A program made the translations under genes and the position numbers. Of a DNA stretch of 64,000 bases, positions 1 to 8,837 are shown piece after piece. Origin of the DNA: Oceanispirochaeta sp. (lineage in GTDB: Bacteria > Spirochaetota > Spirochaetia > DSM-2461); NCBI GenBank assembly GCA_963663385.2, contig CAXXXD010000001.1:224001-288000 (forward strand), written 5' to 3'. The notes beneath the pieces are model-generated. The model was given only the letters and a program-made list of their open reading frames with translations, had not been told where the DNA came from and made no database searches. The number at the start of each line of letters is the position of its first letter. The first letter of the stretch is position 1.

Positions 1-855
1 GACCGTAATGCCATTCCCGACCTGGAAAAGATCTTCATCCTCAACACTATGGGCCGGCGAATTCCCCTGTCCAGTGTCGCCCGGATTGAAAAAACCACGG
101 GTCCCGTGGACATCGCCCGGGAGGATCAGAGCCGGGTCATCCATGTCACCGGCGGGCTGAAACCCGGATTTGCCGCCAACCAGGTGGAACCCAGGGTCAG
201 GCAGCTGATCAAGGAGAACATTGTAACCGCCGATGATGTGCTGATCGACTATAACGGGGATTATGCGGAGATCCAGTCCTATGTGATGAAGTTTGCTGTA
301 ATTATGATTATTGCCGTAGCACTGGTATTCGGTGTAATGGCGGCTCAGTTCGAATCCCTCAAGGATCCGTTTATTATTTTCTTCACAATCCCCCTGATGG
401 CTGTGGGAATCCTTTTCCTCTATAAATTCACAGGGGAGACCCTGAGTATGTTCAGTGCCGTCGGAGTCGTTATGCTGGCGGGAATCGTTGTTAACAACGG
501 AATCGTAATGGTGGACTACACCAATATCCTGAGGGGACGGGGGCTCTGCATCCGTGACGCCTGTATTGAAGCGGGGGGCAACAGGCTCCGTCCGGTTCTG
601 ATGACTACCCTGACCACCGTTCTGGGAATGATGCCCATGGCTTTTTCTTCGGGACAGGGATCGGAACTGGTCCGGCCCTTCGGTCAGACCGTAATAGGCG
701 GTCTGACCATGAGCACCATCCTGACGCTGTTCCTTGTACCCGTCTTATATGCCGTATTCAACCGGAAACATAAAAACAACCTGGCCATGGAGTGCATCGA
801 TGCAGAGGATTTCATCAATGTGCCTGAAGTGGCCGGAGAGGAGATACAGTCGTGA
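1..855 (+). CDS. RND efflux transporter permease (AcrB/AcrD/AcrF family), C-terminal part; runs off the window start
   Basis: Frame open from base 1; QFES..P, GIVVNNGIVMVD and RLRPVLMTTLTT motifs of RND TM domains. Confidence 0.93.
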   Translation, partial: DRNAIPDLEKIFILNTMGRRIPLSSVARIEKTTGPVDIAREDQSRVIHVTGGLKPGFAANQVEPRVRQLIKENIVTADDVLIDYNGDYAEIQSYVMKFAVIMIIAVALVFGVMAAQFESLKDPFIIFFTIPLMAVGILFLYKFTGETLSMFSAVGVVMLAGIVVNNGIVMVDYTNILRGRGLCIRDACIEAGGNRLRPVLMTTLTTVLGMMPMAFSSGQGSELVRPFGQTVIGGLTMSTILTLFLVPVLYAVFNRKHKNNLAMECIDAEDFINVPEVAGEEIQS

Positions 856-1130
856 AACGTGTTGAAATTATGGCCAATCAGTCTATCGAAGCCGACCTGT
901 TTGAAGCGTTCAGCAGGAAGGGTTTGGCCAGGCATTATACCAAAATCCCCAATGTCATGGGCATAGGGAATTCCGATCCGAAAATGGGAGACCATATCTG
1001 GCCGGAAGAAAATGTCATGATCATCCTTTACTGCGAAGAGGAGGAAGCAAACCTTCTGTGCGAAGCCGTCAAAGAGGTGAAGGAGCACTTCCCCCGGGAA
1101 GGATTGAAGATATTTATCAGCCAGTGCTGA
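852..1130 (+). CDS. Small P-II-like transporter-associated protein (PG0541 family-like)
   Basis: GTGA overlap with the RND stop; G.G...P..G..IWP..N pattern typical of this family. Confidence 0.7.
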   Translation: MKRVEIMANQSIEADLFEAFSRKGLARHYTKIPNVMGIGNSDPKMGDHIWPEENVMIILYCEEEEANLLCEAVKEVKEHFPREGLKIFISQC

Positions 1131-1133
1131 TAG

Positions 1134-1175
1134 AAAGGCTGTTTTGCGGATACCCTGACAGAACAGCCTTTTTTT
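1134..1175 (+). terminator. Rho-independent terminator
   Basis: AAAGGCTGTT...AACAGCCTTT hairpin followed by a T-run. Confidence 0.75.
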
Positions 1176-1279
1176 GTAACCATTTGTTTCCTTGCCAGCT
1201 TATAAAGGAGATGGTACAATTCAGTGCCTCTGATTACTGAACCAATAATATATAAGATAAAACCTCCGGGAGGAAGACA

Positions 1280-2230
1280 TTGATCAAAGCGATTGATTTA
1301 ACCAAAAGCTACGGCAGACACCTTGCTGTCAATAAAATCAATTTTGAAATCGGGAAAGGGGAGATCATAGGTTTTCTGGGACCAAACGGGGCCGGCAAGT
1401 CCACAACCATGAATATGATTACCGGCTATATTGCCCCCAGCGACGGGAAAATTCTGATCGACGGGGATGATATTCTGGATGACCCGGAAAAAACCAGGCG
1501 GAAAATCGGCTATCTGCCGGAACAGCCGCCCCTTTATATGGATATGACCGTATCCGAATACCTGAACTTCGCAGGCAGACTGAAACTGGTGGAACGGACT
1601 CAGCTGAAACAGGACCTGGAAAAGATCTGCGATCTTGTAAAAATCGGTGATGTCCGGAAAAGACTGATCCGCAACCTTTCAAAAGGATACAAACAGAGGG
1701 TCGGGCTGGCCCAGTCCCTTCTGGGGAACCCCCAGCTGCTGATTCTGGATGAACCCACTGTGGGCCTGGATCCCAAACAGATTATAGAAATCCGGAACCT
1801 GATCAAATCCCTCAGCCAAGACCATACTATCGTTCTCAGTTCCCATATACTGCCGGAAATCTCTGCTGTATGCGACCGGGTTCTGATTATCAGCAAAGGA
1901 GAAATTGTCGCTTCGGACACAGCAGAAAACCTTGCCCAGAACCTGGCGGGGATGCATCAGCTTCATATGAGGATCAAGGGAGAGGAGCAGGCTGTCAGAG
2001 CGGCGCTTCAGGAAATTCCCGCCCTCAAGGAGATTACGATCTCCGCTTCGGGAGAGAACGGCGCCTGCAATGTGGTTGTGGAAGCCGGGCAGGAAGAGGA
2101 TATACGGGAAGAGGTATTTTACGCCCTCAGCCGGAACAAATGCCCCATCCTGCAGATGAGGCCCATGGATATGTCTCTGGAAGAGATTTTCCTGAACCTG
2201 ACAACCGAAGAAGGAGAAAACAGCAAATGA
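1280..2230 (+). CDS. ABC-2 transporter ATP-binding protein (GldA-like)
   Basis: Walker A GPNGAGKST, LSKGYKQR signature, LDEPT; TTG start after GGAGG. Confidence 0.92.
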   Translation: MIKAIDLTKSYGRHLAVNKINFEIGKGEIIGFLGPNGAGKSTTMNMITGYIAPSDGKILIDGDDILDDPEKTRRKIGYLPEQPPLYMDMTVSEYLNFAGRLKLVERTQLKQDLEKICDLVKIGDVRKRLIRNLSKGYKQRVGLAQSLLGNPQLLILDEPTVGLDPKQIIEIRNLIKSLSQDHTIVLSSHILPEISAVCDRVLIISKGEIVASDTAENLAQNLAGMHQLHMRIKGEEQAVRAALQEIPALKEITISASGENGACNVVVEAGQEEDIREEVFYALSRNKCPILQMRPMDMSLEEIFLNLTTEEGENSK

Positions 2231-3090
2231 CGGCGGTATTTCTAAAAGAACTGCGTACCTATTTCACCACCCCCATCGGGTATATTTTCATGGGAGTATT
2301 CCTCCTGATTTCCGGGATTCTTTTTACAACGAGCAATGTGTTCGCCATGAATTCAGACTACTCCTCCTTTCTGGGGAGTCTTATCTTTATCTTTCTGCTG
2401 GTAACACCTCTTCTGACTATGAAGATTCTCAGTGAGGAAAAAAAACAGAAAACAGACCAGCTGCTGATGACGGCTCCTGTTTCATCCGGAAAGGTTATAC
2501 TGGGAAAATTCCTGGGAGCCCTGACCCTATACCTTATGACCCTGGTTATAACATTTATCTATCCCCTCTTCCTCTCTTTTCATGGAAGACTGGATACGGC
2601 ACAGATTATCGGAACCTATATAGGGTTCTTCCTTCTGGGAGGGTCCTTCATTTCCATAGGAATATTCGTTTCCTCCCTGTCGGACAGTCAGGCTTCTGCC
2701 GCGATCCTTACGTTCTGTGTACTGATCATCACATGGATTATTGATTTTCTGGGAGGCTTTATGCCCCAGTCCATCCCCTCGGGACTCATCTTTGCTTTTA
2801 TCATCGTTCTGGGAGCTGTTGCCTGGATGAACAATGCTACCAGGAATATCCCGTCCGCTCTCCTTACGGGCGTTGCAGGGATCCTGATCATTGCCCTGAT
2901 ATACCTGATAAACAAAGAAGTATTCATCAACCTGATCAGTAAAACCTTTACCTGGTTCTCCCTGACCAAACGGTTCAGCGACTTTCCCATGGGAGTCCTG
3001 AAACTGGATGCGATTGTGTATTACTGTTCTTTCTGCGGTTTTTTCCTTTTCCTGACAACCCAGAAAATTGAGAAACAGAGATGGAGCTGA
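2227..3090 (+). CDS. ABC-2 transporter permease (GldF-like)
   Basis: ATGA overlap; KELR.YF.TP.GY and SEEKK..T..LL.T.P motifs; multiple TM segments. Confidence 0.88.
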   Translation: MTAVFLKELRTYFTTPIGYIFMGVFLLISGILFTTSNVFAMNSDYSSFLGSLIFIFLLVTPLLTMKILSEEKKQKTDQLLMTAPVSSGKVILGKFLGALTLYLMTLVITFIYPLFLSFHGRLDTAQIIGTYIGFFLLGGSFISIGIFVSSLSDSQASAAILTFCVLIITWIIDFLGGFMPQSIPSGLIFAFIIVLGAVAWMNNATRNIPSALLTGVAGILIIALIYLINKEVFINLISKTFTWFSLTKRFSDFPMGVLKLDAIVYYCSFCGFFLFLTTQKIEKQRWS

Positions 3091-3100
3091 GGAAGAAAAG

Positions 3101-4567
3101 ATGAATCTGAAAAACATGCCGAAACTGAAAGAGATATTCAAACTGAATTTCAAAGCCCGCCATGCGGGGATAGCCGCCCTGACCAATATTGCGGTTCTGG
3201 CGGGACTTGTGATTATAAATCTGCTGGTGCAAAAAATCCCCGCCGACTGGGATATGACAAAACGGAAACTCTTCTCCCTGACAGAAGACACAAAACAGCT
3301 GATAGAAAATCTGGATCAGGAAGTGGTCATCTATCTTCTGGCCAAACCGGGGATGGAGTCGGCGGACGTACTGGAAGTACTGGAAAAATACGACAATGCG
3401 TCCAAAATGGTACACCTGGAAATTATCGATCCGGACCGGAATCCCGCACTGATCAACCGTTACACAGAAGACGGCCAGGAGGTCGCACAGGGAAGTCTTA
3501 TCGTTACTTCGGGCAATTACTCCCGGATTATAGACAGGATGGACCTGTACAGCATCAGCTACAATCAGCAGGGCGCCCCTCAAGTTGTAGGGATGACCGT
3601 GGAACAGCGGGTAACCGCTGCGTTCTCCTATGTTTCTACAGGAAGAGAGCCGAAAGTATATGTCCTGGAAGGGCATAATGAATACACTCTGGAAGATCTG
3701 AATTTGCTTGAATCGGTAAAAAAGGCAAATTACACATCAGCGCCCCTGAATCTGATGAAGGTGGGAGAGGTCCCTTCTGATGCGGATATTCTGCTGGTTC
3801 TTTCTCCCGAACGGGACCTCAGCGACAGGGAAGAAAATGCCATTGCGGACTACCTGGAACAGGGCGGATCCGTTTTTATCGGTATGGATCTGATGGGAGA
3901 TATATTCCCCAACTTCGGCAGCCTGCTGGCATCGTACAACGTAACAATCGAACAGGGCGTGATTATGGAGAAGGATACAAACCGTCTCCTCCCCGGACTG
4001 GGAAACAACCCCATATTCTTCTCTCCCCGCTATCCTGACGAGAATGCCATTACGGATCCCCTGAAGGAGAACAGCCTTGATGTTTTTCTTGTTACGGCCA
4101 TGGGAATCGGAGAAACGAAAGTTCAGAAAAGGAATCTGAACGTGGTCCCCCTTTTGACATCATCCAGCAGCAGCTGGCTCAGAACAGATATGCAGGAACG
4201 CTCGGAATCCCGGGTTGGATCCGATATACCCGGTCCTGTCAACGCAGCTGTTTCGGTAGCGGAACGGAACCGGGAAACAGGGGATGAAGACGGAGCCCGC
4301 CTGATCGTTCTTGCCAGCGGGCAGTCCCTCTCAAAACTATCAGGGCTGGGTCAGATCAAAGCCAACATTGAGTTTTTCCTGAACAGCCTGAACTGGCTGA
4401 GCGCTCAGGAGGATGCGGTCAGCATATCCGGCAAAAGCCTGTTCAGACTGCCCCTGCGGATTAATGCCCTGCAGGCGTGGATCTATGCGGGAATAGCCAT
4501 CCTGCTGATTCCCCTGTTGATTATTATTACAGGAACGGTAGTGAATCTCAGGAGGAAGCACCTTTGA
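3101..4567 (+). CDS. GldG-family (GIFT/ABC_transp_aux) accessory protein
   Basis: DMT....FSLT..T, IDPD.NP, GHNE and L.P..DLS..E...YL..GG motifs; N- and C-terminal TM. Confidence 0.85.
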   Translation: MNLKNMPKLKEIFKLNFKARHAGIAALTNIAVLAGLVIINLLVQKIPADWDMTKRKLFSLTEDTKQLIENLDQEVVIYLLAKPGMESADVLEVLEKYDNASKMVHLEIIDPDRNPALINRYTEDGQEVAQGSLIVTSGNYSRIIDRMDLYSISYNQQGAPQVVGMTVEQRVTAAFSYVSTGREPKVYVLEGHNEYTLEDLNLLESVKKANYTSAPLNLMKVGEVPSDADILLVLSPERDLSDREENAIADYLEQGGSVFIGMDLMGDIFPNFGSLLASYNVTIEQGVIMEKDTNRLLPGLGNNPIFFSPRYPDENAITDPLKENSLDVFLVTAMGIGETKVQKRNLNVVPLLTSSSSSWLRTDMQERSESRVGSDIPGPVNAAVSVAERNRETGDEDGARLIVLASGQSLSKLSGLGQIKANIEFFLNSLNWLSAQEDAVSISGKSLFRLPLRINALQAWIYAGIAILLIPLLIIITGTVVNLRRKHL

Positions 4568-5952
4568 AAAAGAAAAAGCAGCTTTTTATGGCTCTGGGAG
4601 CTCTGATTATACTCCTTGCGGCCTATGGGCTTTTCACACTGTCCGAAAAGAAGAAAGAAGCCGAAGCGGATGAAGTGAGCAGTTATGAAGCTCCCGAATC
4701 CTGGGAGCTAACCAGGCTTGATGAAACGGAGATCCGCTCTCTCTCCCTGGAAAATACAAAGGGGTCTTTCACCCTTGTTAAAAAAGACGAGAGCTGGAAA
4801 ATCAGGGGACGGGAGGAACTGAAACTTAATGCCCAGGCTGTGGCATCCCTTGTGATGTCGTCGGCCAGAATTGTCAGTTTTGAACAGATAAGCCCGGACA
4901 GCATTAATGTTGAAGAGTACGGCCTTGTTGAACCGGATGCCATCCTGACAATTGAGAAACCGGACGACACGCTGATCCGCATACGTATCGGATCAGCCAA
5001 CCCCTCCGGGAAGGGCCACTATGTACAGAAAGAAGGCGATCCGGCAATCTACCTGATCTCGTCCTTTATCAGCGGACCTATGATGAATGACATAAACAGC
5101 TTGAGAGACCGATCCCTGCCCACCATAAACGGGCAGGATCTGAGCTATCTTAAAATTGAAGCAGACAGAACCATTGAGGTGGTCCCTGCTTTTCAGTTTG
5201 AAAAATTCGGCAGCAATATGAGCCCGTTTCTGCTGGTACGCCCCTATAGAAGGCCCCTGCCGGTGAATGCGGAAAAAATCTCCGAATATATGGAAAAGTT
5301 TTTCAGCGGACTGATTATTCAGACCTTTGAAGATCCGGATACCCCCGAATCAGTCAGCGGCCTGGGATCGGCGGCCCGAACCATTCAGATGAAAGACAAG
5401 TCCGGGGCGGAGTTCGAGTTACGAGTCGGAAACAGAAATGATAACGGCGCCTACTACTGCGCCCTCCCGGGAGATCCCGGGGTATTCACAGTCGACGGAG
5501 AAGCCCTTTCACTGGTTGAAGCCAGACCTTTCGATATGGCAGACCGCTTCGTCCGACTGGTCGGGATAGACCTTGTGGAAACTCTCAGTGTTGAAACCCC
5601 GGAAAAAAAGTGGGAAGGCCGGATCGAAAAACTGGATGAGGAAAATGCCAACTACTACTTTCAGGGTGAGATGATTGCCGAAGATCCTTTCAAGGATATG
5701 TATCAGGAAGTTCTCTACCTGCTGTACGAAGGGGAGTTGACCTCGGATTTTACTTCGGGAGAGGCGGCCGTCACCATCCGTTATAGGGGAAACAGCGATA
5801 ACCCCGGAGAAACAAAGGCGGAGTTCTTTCCTTACGACAGGGATTACTACGCAGTTAGCGTTGATGGATATGATGTGGAATTCCTTATCGGAAAGTATCA
5901 GGTAGACAACCTGCTGGAATTCCTGGAGAATTTTACGGGAAAAGAAGAGTAA
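4564..5952 (+). CDS. DUF4340-like domain protein
   Basis: TTG start overlapping the gldG-like stop; N-terminal anchor, YGL..P, IG..NP....Y and LRDR repeats; usual 4th gene of gldAFG-like operons. Confidence 0.75.
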   Translation: MKKKKQLFMALGALIILLAAYGLFTLSEKKKEAEADEVSSYEAPESWELTRLDETEIRSLSLENTKGSFTLVKKDESWKIRGREELKLNAQAVASLVMSSARIVSFEQISPDSINVEEYGLVEPDAILTIEKPDDTLIRIRIGSANPSGKGHYVQKEGDPAIYLISSFISGPMMNDINSLRDRSLPTINGQDLSYLKIEADRTIEVVPAFQFEKFGSNMSPFLLVRPYRRPLPVNAEKISEYMEKFFSGLIIQTFEDPDTPESVSGLGSAARTIQMKDKSGAEFELRVGNRNDNGAYYCALPGDPGVFTVDGEALSLVEARPFDMADRFVRLVGIDLVETLSVETPEKKWEGRIEKLDEENANYYFQGEMIAEDPFKDMYQEVLYLLYEGELTSDFTSGEAAVTIRYRGNSDNPGETKAEFFPYDRDYYAVSVDGYDVEFLIGKYQVDNLLEFLENFTGKEE

Positions 5953-5959
5953 TTCCCGG

Positions 5960-6105
5960 ACCTCCCCTACCCCCTCCTGAGGAGGGGAACTTATACAGAC
6001 ATCTCCCCTCCTCAGTCAATAATTGGACTTCTCCCTGTGGGGAGACAGAGAGAAGTTTAGTAGTAAGGGGAAATTACATGTCCCGGTCCTCGAGCGAAGT
6101 CGAGA
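5960..6105. repeat. Cluster of BoxC/REP-like GC palindromes between convergent genes
   Basis: CCTCCCCTACCCCCTCCTGAGGAGGGG, CTCCCTGTGGGGAG and CTCGAGCGAAGTCGAGAG motifs; related motifs recur at 16.7-17.0 kb and 20.2-20.3 kb. Confidence 0.6.
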
Positions 6106-6107
6106 GC

Positions 6108-6572
6108 TTATTTCAGAGCCGGCAGGAATTTGAATAGCGCCTTGTCATCCATAATATCAAAGAACAGAGAAGGCCGGTCTTTCAAACAGACTCTCCAGAA
6201 ACCACGTGTAAATACTGCTTTGAGTTTAGACAGGCTTTGAAGGGAATTTTCATCCACCAGGCCGCGGACACAATCCCTGGAATCCTTTTCGGAAACCTGT
6301 TGAACCGCAGTCACATCACTTAGTAAAAAGGAGTATTCCGTCTTTTCATAATCATCGTCTTTTCGGTTAAAAAGAGCCATCAGGGCATTCTGCTTTTCAA
6401 AATCTTCAAAGTACAAACGGTCGCCTATAATAAAGAAAAGCCCTCCACGCCCATTAATACTGTTCGAACCGGCTTCACCTATCAGGGTGGCATAAGTCTG
6501 AAAAAGGATCTTTCCTCCCAGCGCCTCTTCCTTCTCTTTCCAGTACTTTTCGATTTGAGCCTCAGTTGCCAT
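6108..6572 (-). CDS. Hypothetical protein
   Basis: 154-aa ORF with an AGGAG RBS; no motif recognised. Confidence 0.7.
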   Translation of the reverse strand: MATEAQIEKYWKEKEEALGGKILFQTYATLIGEAGSNSINGRGGLFFIIGDRLYFEDFEKQNALMALFNRKDDDYEKTEYSFLLSDVTAVQQVSEKDSRDCVRGLVDENSLQSLSKLKAVFTRGFWRVCLKDRPSLFFDIMDDKALFKFLPALK

Positions 6573-6707
6573 ACAATCTCCTTTTTTACCAATACATCAT
6601 AATAACCGGAATATCCCCGCCCCGCAACTCTCCTTTCCCTTCAGGCAGACTTGACAATACCAGCCCGGGAAGGAATGATTAGAACCTATAGAAAACAGGA
6701 GTGTTCC

Positions 6708-8030
6708 ATGGATAATGACCAGCTTAAAGAGCATGTAGATCTGATCAGAGAGGTATTTACTTATAACCGCCGCTTTCAGGATGCCCTTTTTGTCCTGAAG
6801 ATAGACAGCCCGATTATCGACCACCCCTATTTCTCCCTCCTTGTTAAGGACCTGGCACTTCTTCATCAGAACGGAATCAGGATTGTAATCGTCCCCGGAG
6901 CCCACAGCCGGATTAATGAGATCCTTAATCAGTATAAAGTCCCCTATGAATCTGCCAATGGAATCAGGATATCCTCGGAAGAGAGTATACCTTTTATTAA
7001 AATGGCCGCTTTCGACGTATCCAACAAGGTAATGACTCTTTTATCGGGGAATGGGATTCCTTCGGTTATCGGAAACTGGGTAAAAGCCCGTGCCCTGGGT
7101 GTTGTAAACGGAGTTGATTTTATGCATACGGGACGAGTCGAGAAAATCAGAACAGATGCTGTGGAAACCCTGCTGAATGAGGGACACATCCCCATCTTCC
7201 CCTGCATCGGGTGGAGCAGCAACGGAGATCCCTACAATATCTCCTCGGACGAACTGGCCCGGGTGATTGCGCAGAGTCTCAAGGCATCCAAACTTTTTTT
7301 TCTTTCCGCCGAAGATGAACTTACCAGCCGAAGCTGTTCCGTACCGGAAGATATCAGCCTTTCCAAGGATGGCCGCCTCTCCAAACTGTCCCTCTCCCAG
7401 GCGGAGGAATTCATCAAACTGAACAGAGACAACCCTCTTATAGATAAAATACACTCTGCCGTGGAAGCCTGCCGGGAAGGGGTTGATCGCGTCCATATCC
7501 TGGACGGAAGAATAGAAGGAGCCGTACTGAAAGAGATTTTTTCCAACCTGGGGATAGGCACCATGATCTACTCCAATATCTACGAGCGGATCCGGCCCAT
7601 GAAAAACAGGGATATTTCCAGCGTACTGGGGCTTATGAAGCCCTTTATAGATCAGAAAATACTTGTCCCGCGTACCAGGACGGAAATGGAGAAAAAGCTT
7701 TCAGACTATGTGGTTTACGCTATGGACGATATTATCCACGGAGTGGCAGCCCTTCATATCTACCCGGACGGGAAAGCGGAGATAGCCGGCCTGGCTGTAG
7801 ACAGCAGATTTATCCACCTGAAAATCGGAAAGAAAATGGTATCCTATCTGCTGGAGCAATCCAGAGAGAAGGGACTGAAGGAGGTCTTTGTACTGACAAC
7901 CCAGACTTCAGACTGGTTTCTGAATATGGGTTTTACTCCGGGAAGCCTGGAAGATCTGCCGGAAGAGAAACGATCTCACTACAACACTAACCGGAATTCC
8001 AGAATACTTGTATTTCAGAACAATCCATGA
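6708..8030 (+). CDS. argA: Amino-acid N-acetyltransferase (N-acetylglutamate synthase)
   Basis: N-terminal amino-acid-kinase domain (GVDF.HTG.V; GV.RVHILDG..EGA.L.EIFS..G.GT) plus C-terminal GNAT (LTTQT.DWF...GF; YN..RNS). Confidence 0.9.
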   Translation: MDNDQLKEHVDLIREVFTYNRRFQDALFVLKIDSPIIDHPYFSLLVKDLALLHQNGIRIVIVPGAHSRINEILNQYKVPYESANGIRISSEESIPFIKMAAFDVSNKVMTLLSGNGIPSVIGNWVKARALGVVNGVDFMHTGRVEKIRTDAVETLLNEGHIPIFPCIGWSSNGDPYNISSDELARVIAQSLKASKLFFLSAEDELTSRSCSVPEDISLSKDGRLSKLSLSQAEEFIKLNRDNPLIDKIHSAVEACREGVDRVHILDGRIEGAVLKEIFSNLGIGTMIYSNIYERIRPMKNRDISSVLGLMKPFIDQKILVPRTRTEMEKKLSDYVVYAMDDIIHGVAALHIYPDGKAEIAGLAVDSRFIHLKIGKKMVSYLLEQSREKGLKEVFVLTTQTSDWFLNMGFTPGSLEDLPEEKRSHYNTNRNSRILVFQNNP

Positions 8031-8818
8031 AGGAACCCTCTCCTGATCTTAAAACCCTGATTACCGGCTCCCATTATCTGGATGTTCACAATCATATGGA
8101 TGCCTATCCTCTGGAAGAAAGGGGGGGAATCGCAGCTATGGTCCATTCAAACAGGATCCTCTGCTTCAGTGCCGGTACGGACCCGCACTCCTGGATACAG
8201 AATGACAGACTGAACAGACAAACCCCCTATATCATCTCCTGTTGCGGAATTCATCCCTGGATGGCGCACAGCTACGGCCCTTCGGATGTTGAGGCAGCGG
8301 CAGAACAGTATGCGTCCACCGTCATGATTAATGAAATTGGACTGGATACGGTCTGGGCAGATTCAGCAGCAACCCTGTGCAGACAGGAGTCCTTGTTACA
8401 AGCCCAGCTTTCTCTGGCAGAAAAACTGAATAAGCCTGTAACCCTTCATACCAAAGGAGCGGAACAGCTTGTACTGGATATCCTTCAAAAGTACAGAATA
8501 CCGGGAATTCTGATTCACTGGTACGACGGTCCCCCGGATTTGATCCCCGGTTACCTGGAACTGAACTGTTATTTCACCATATCCCCCGTATTTATCAATA
8601 ATGCAGAATACCGCAGACTGATCAGCCGGATTCCATCGGACAGGCTTCTTCCGGAAACAGACAACCCCTCCACCTGGCCCTGGCTTTTCAAAGAGACGGG
8701 GAAACCGGAACAGATCAGAGAAATCTATAAAGCCTACGGAAAATGGGTCGGCAAAAACAGAACTATTGTTCATAATCAGTTTAAGGAGAACCTGCTCCGT
8801 TTTTTTCAGATTCTATAA
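8027..8818 (+). CDS. TatD-family hydrolase
   Basis: DxHxH, GIHP, EIGLD, LHT, IHWY and ETD motifs. Confidence 0.88.
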   Translation: MKEPSPDLKTLITGSHYLDVHNHMDAYPLEERGGIAAMVHSNRILCFSAGTDPHSWIQNDRLNRQTPYIISCCGIHPWMAHSYGPSDVEAAAEQYASTVMINEIGLDTVWADSAATLCRQESLLQAQLSLAEKLNKPVTLHTKGAEQLVLDILQKYRIPGILIHWYDGPPDLIPGYLELNCYFTISPVFINNAEYRRLISRIPSDRLLPETDNPSTWPWLFKETGKPEQIREIYKAYGKWVGKNRTIVHNQFKENLLRFFQIL

Positions 8819-8837
8819 ATACCCGGAGGATTAAACA

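Noticed and set aside
1870..2226. N-terminal extension of the 406-aa ORF in the track
   Set aside because: Overlaps the ABC ATPase out of frame; the real start is the ATG at 2227 (ATGA coupling)
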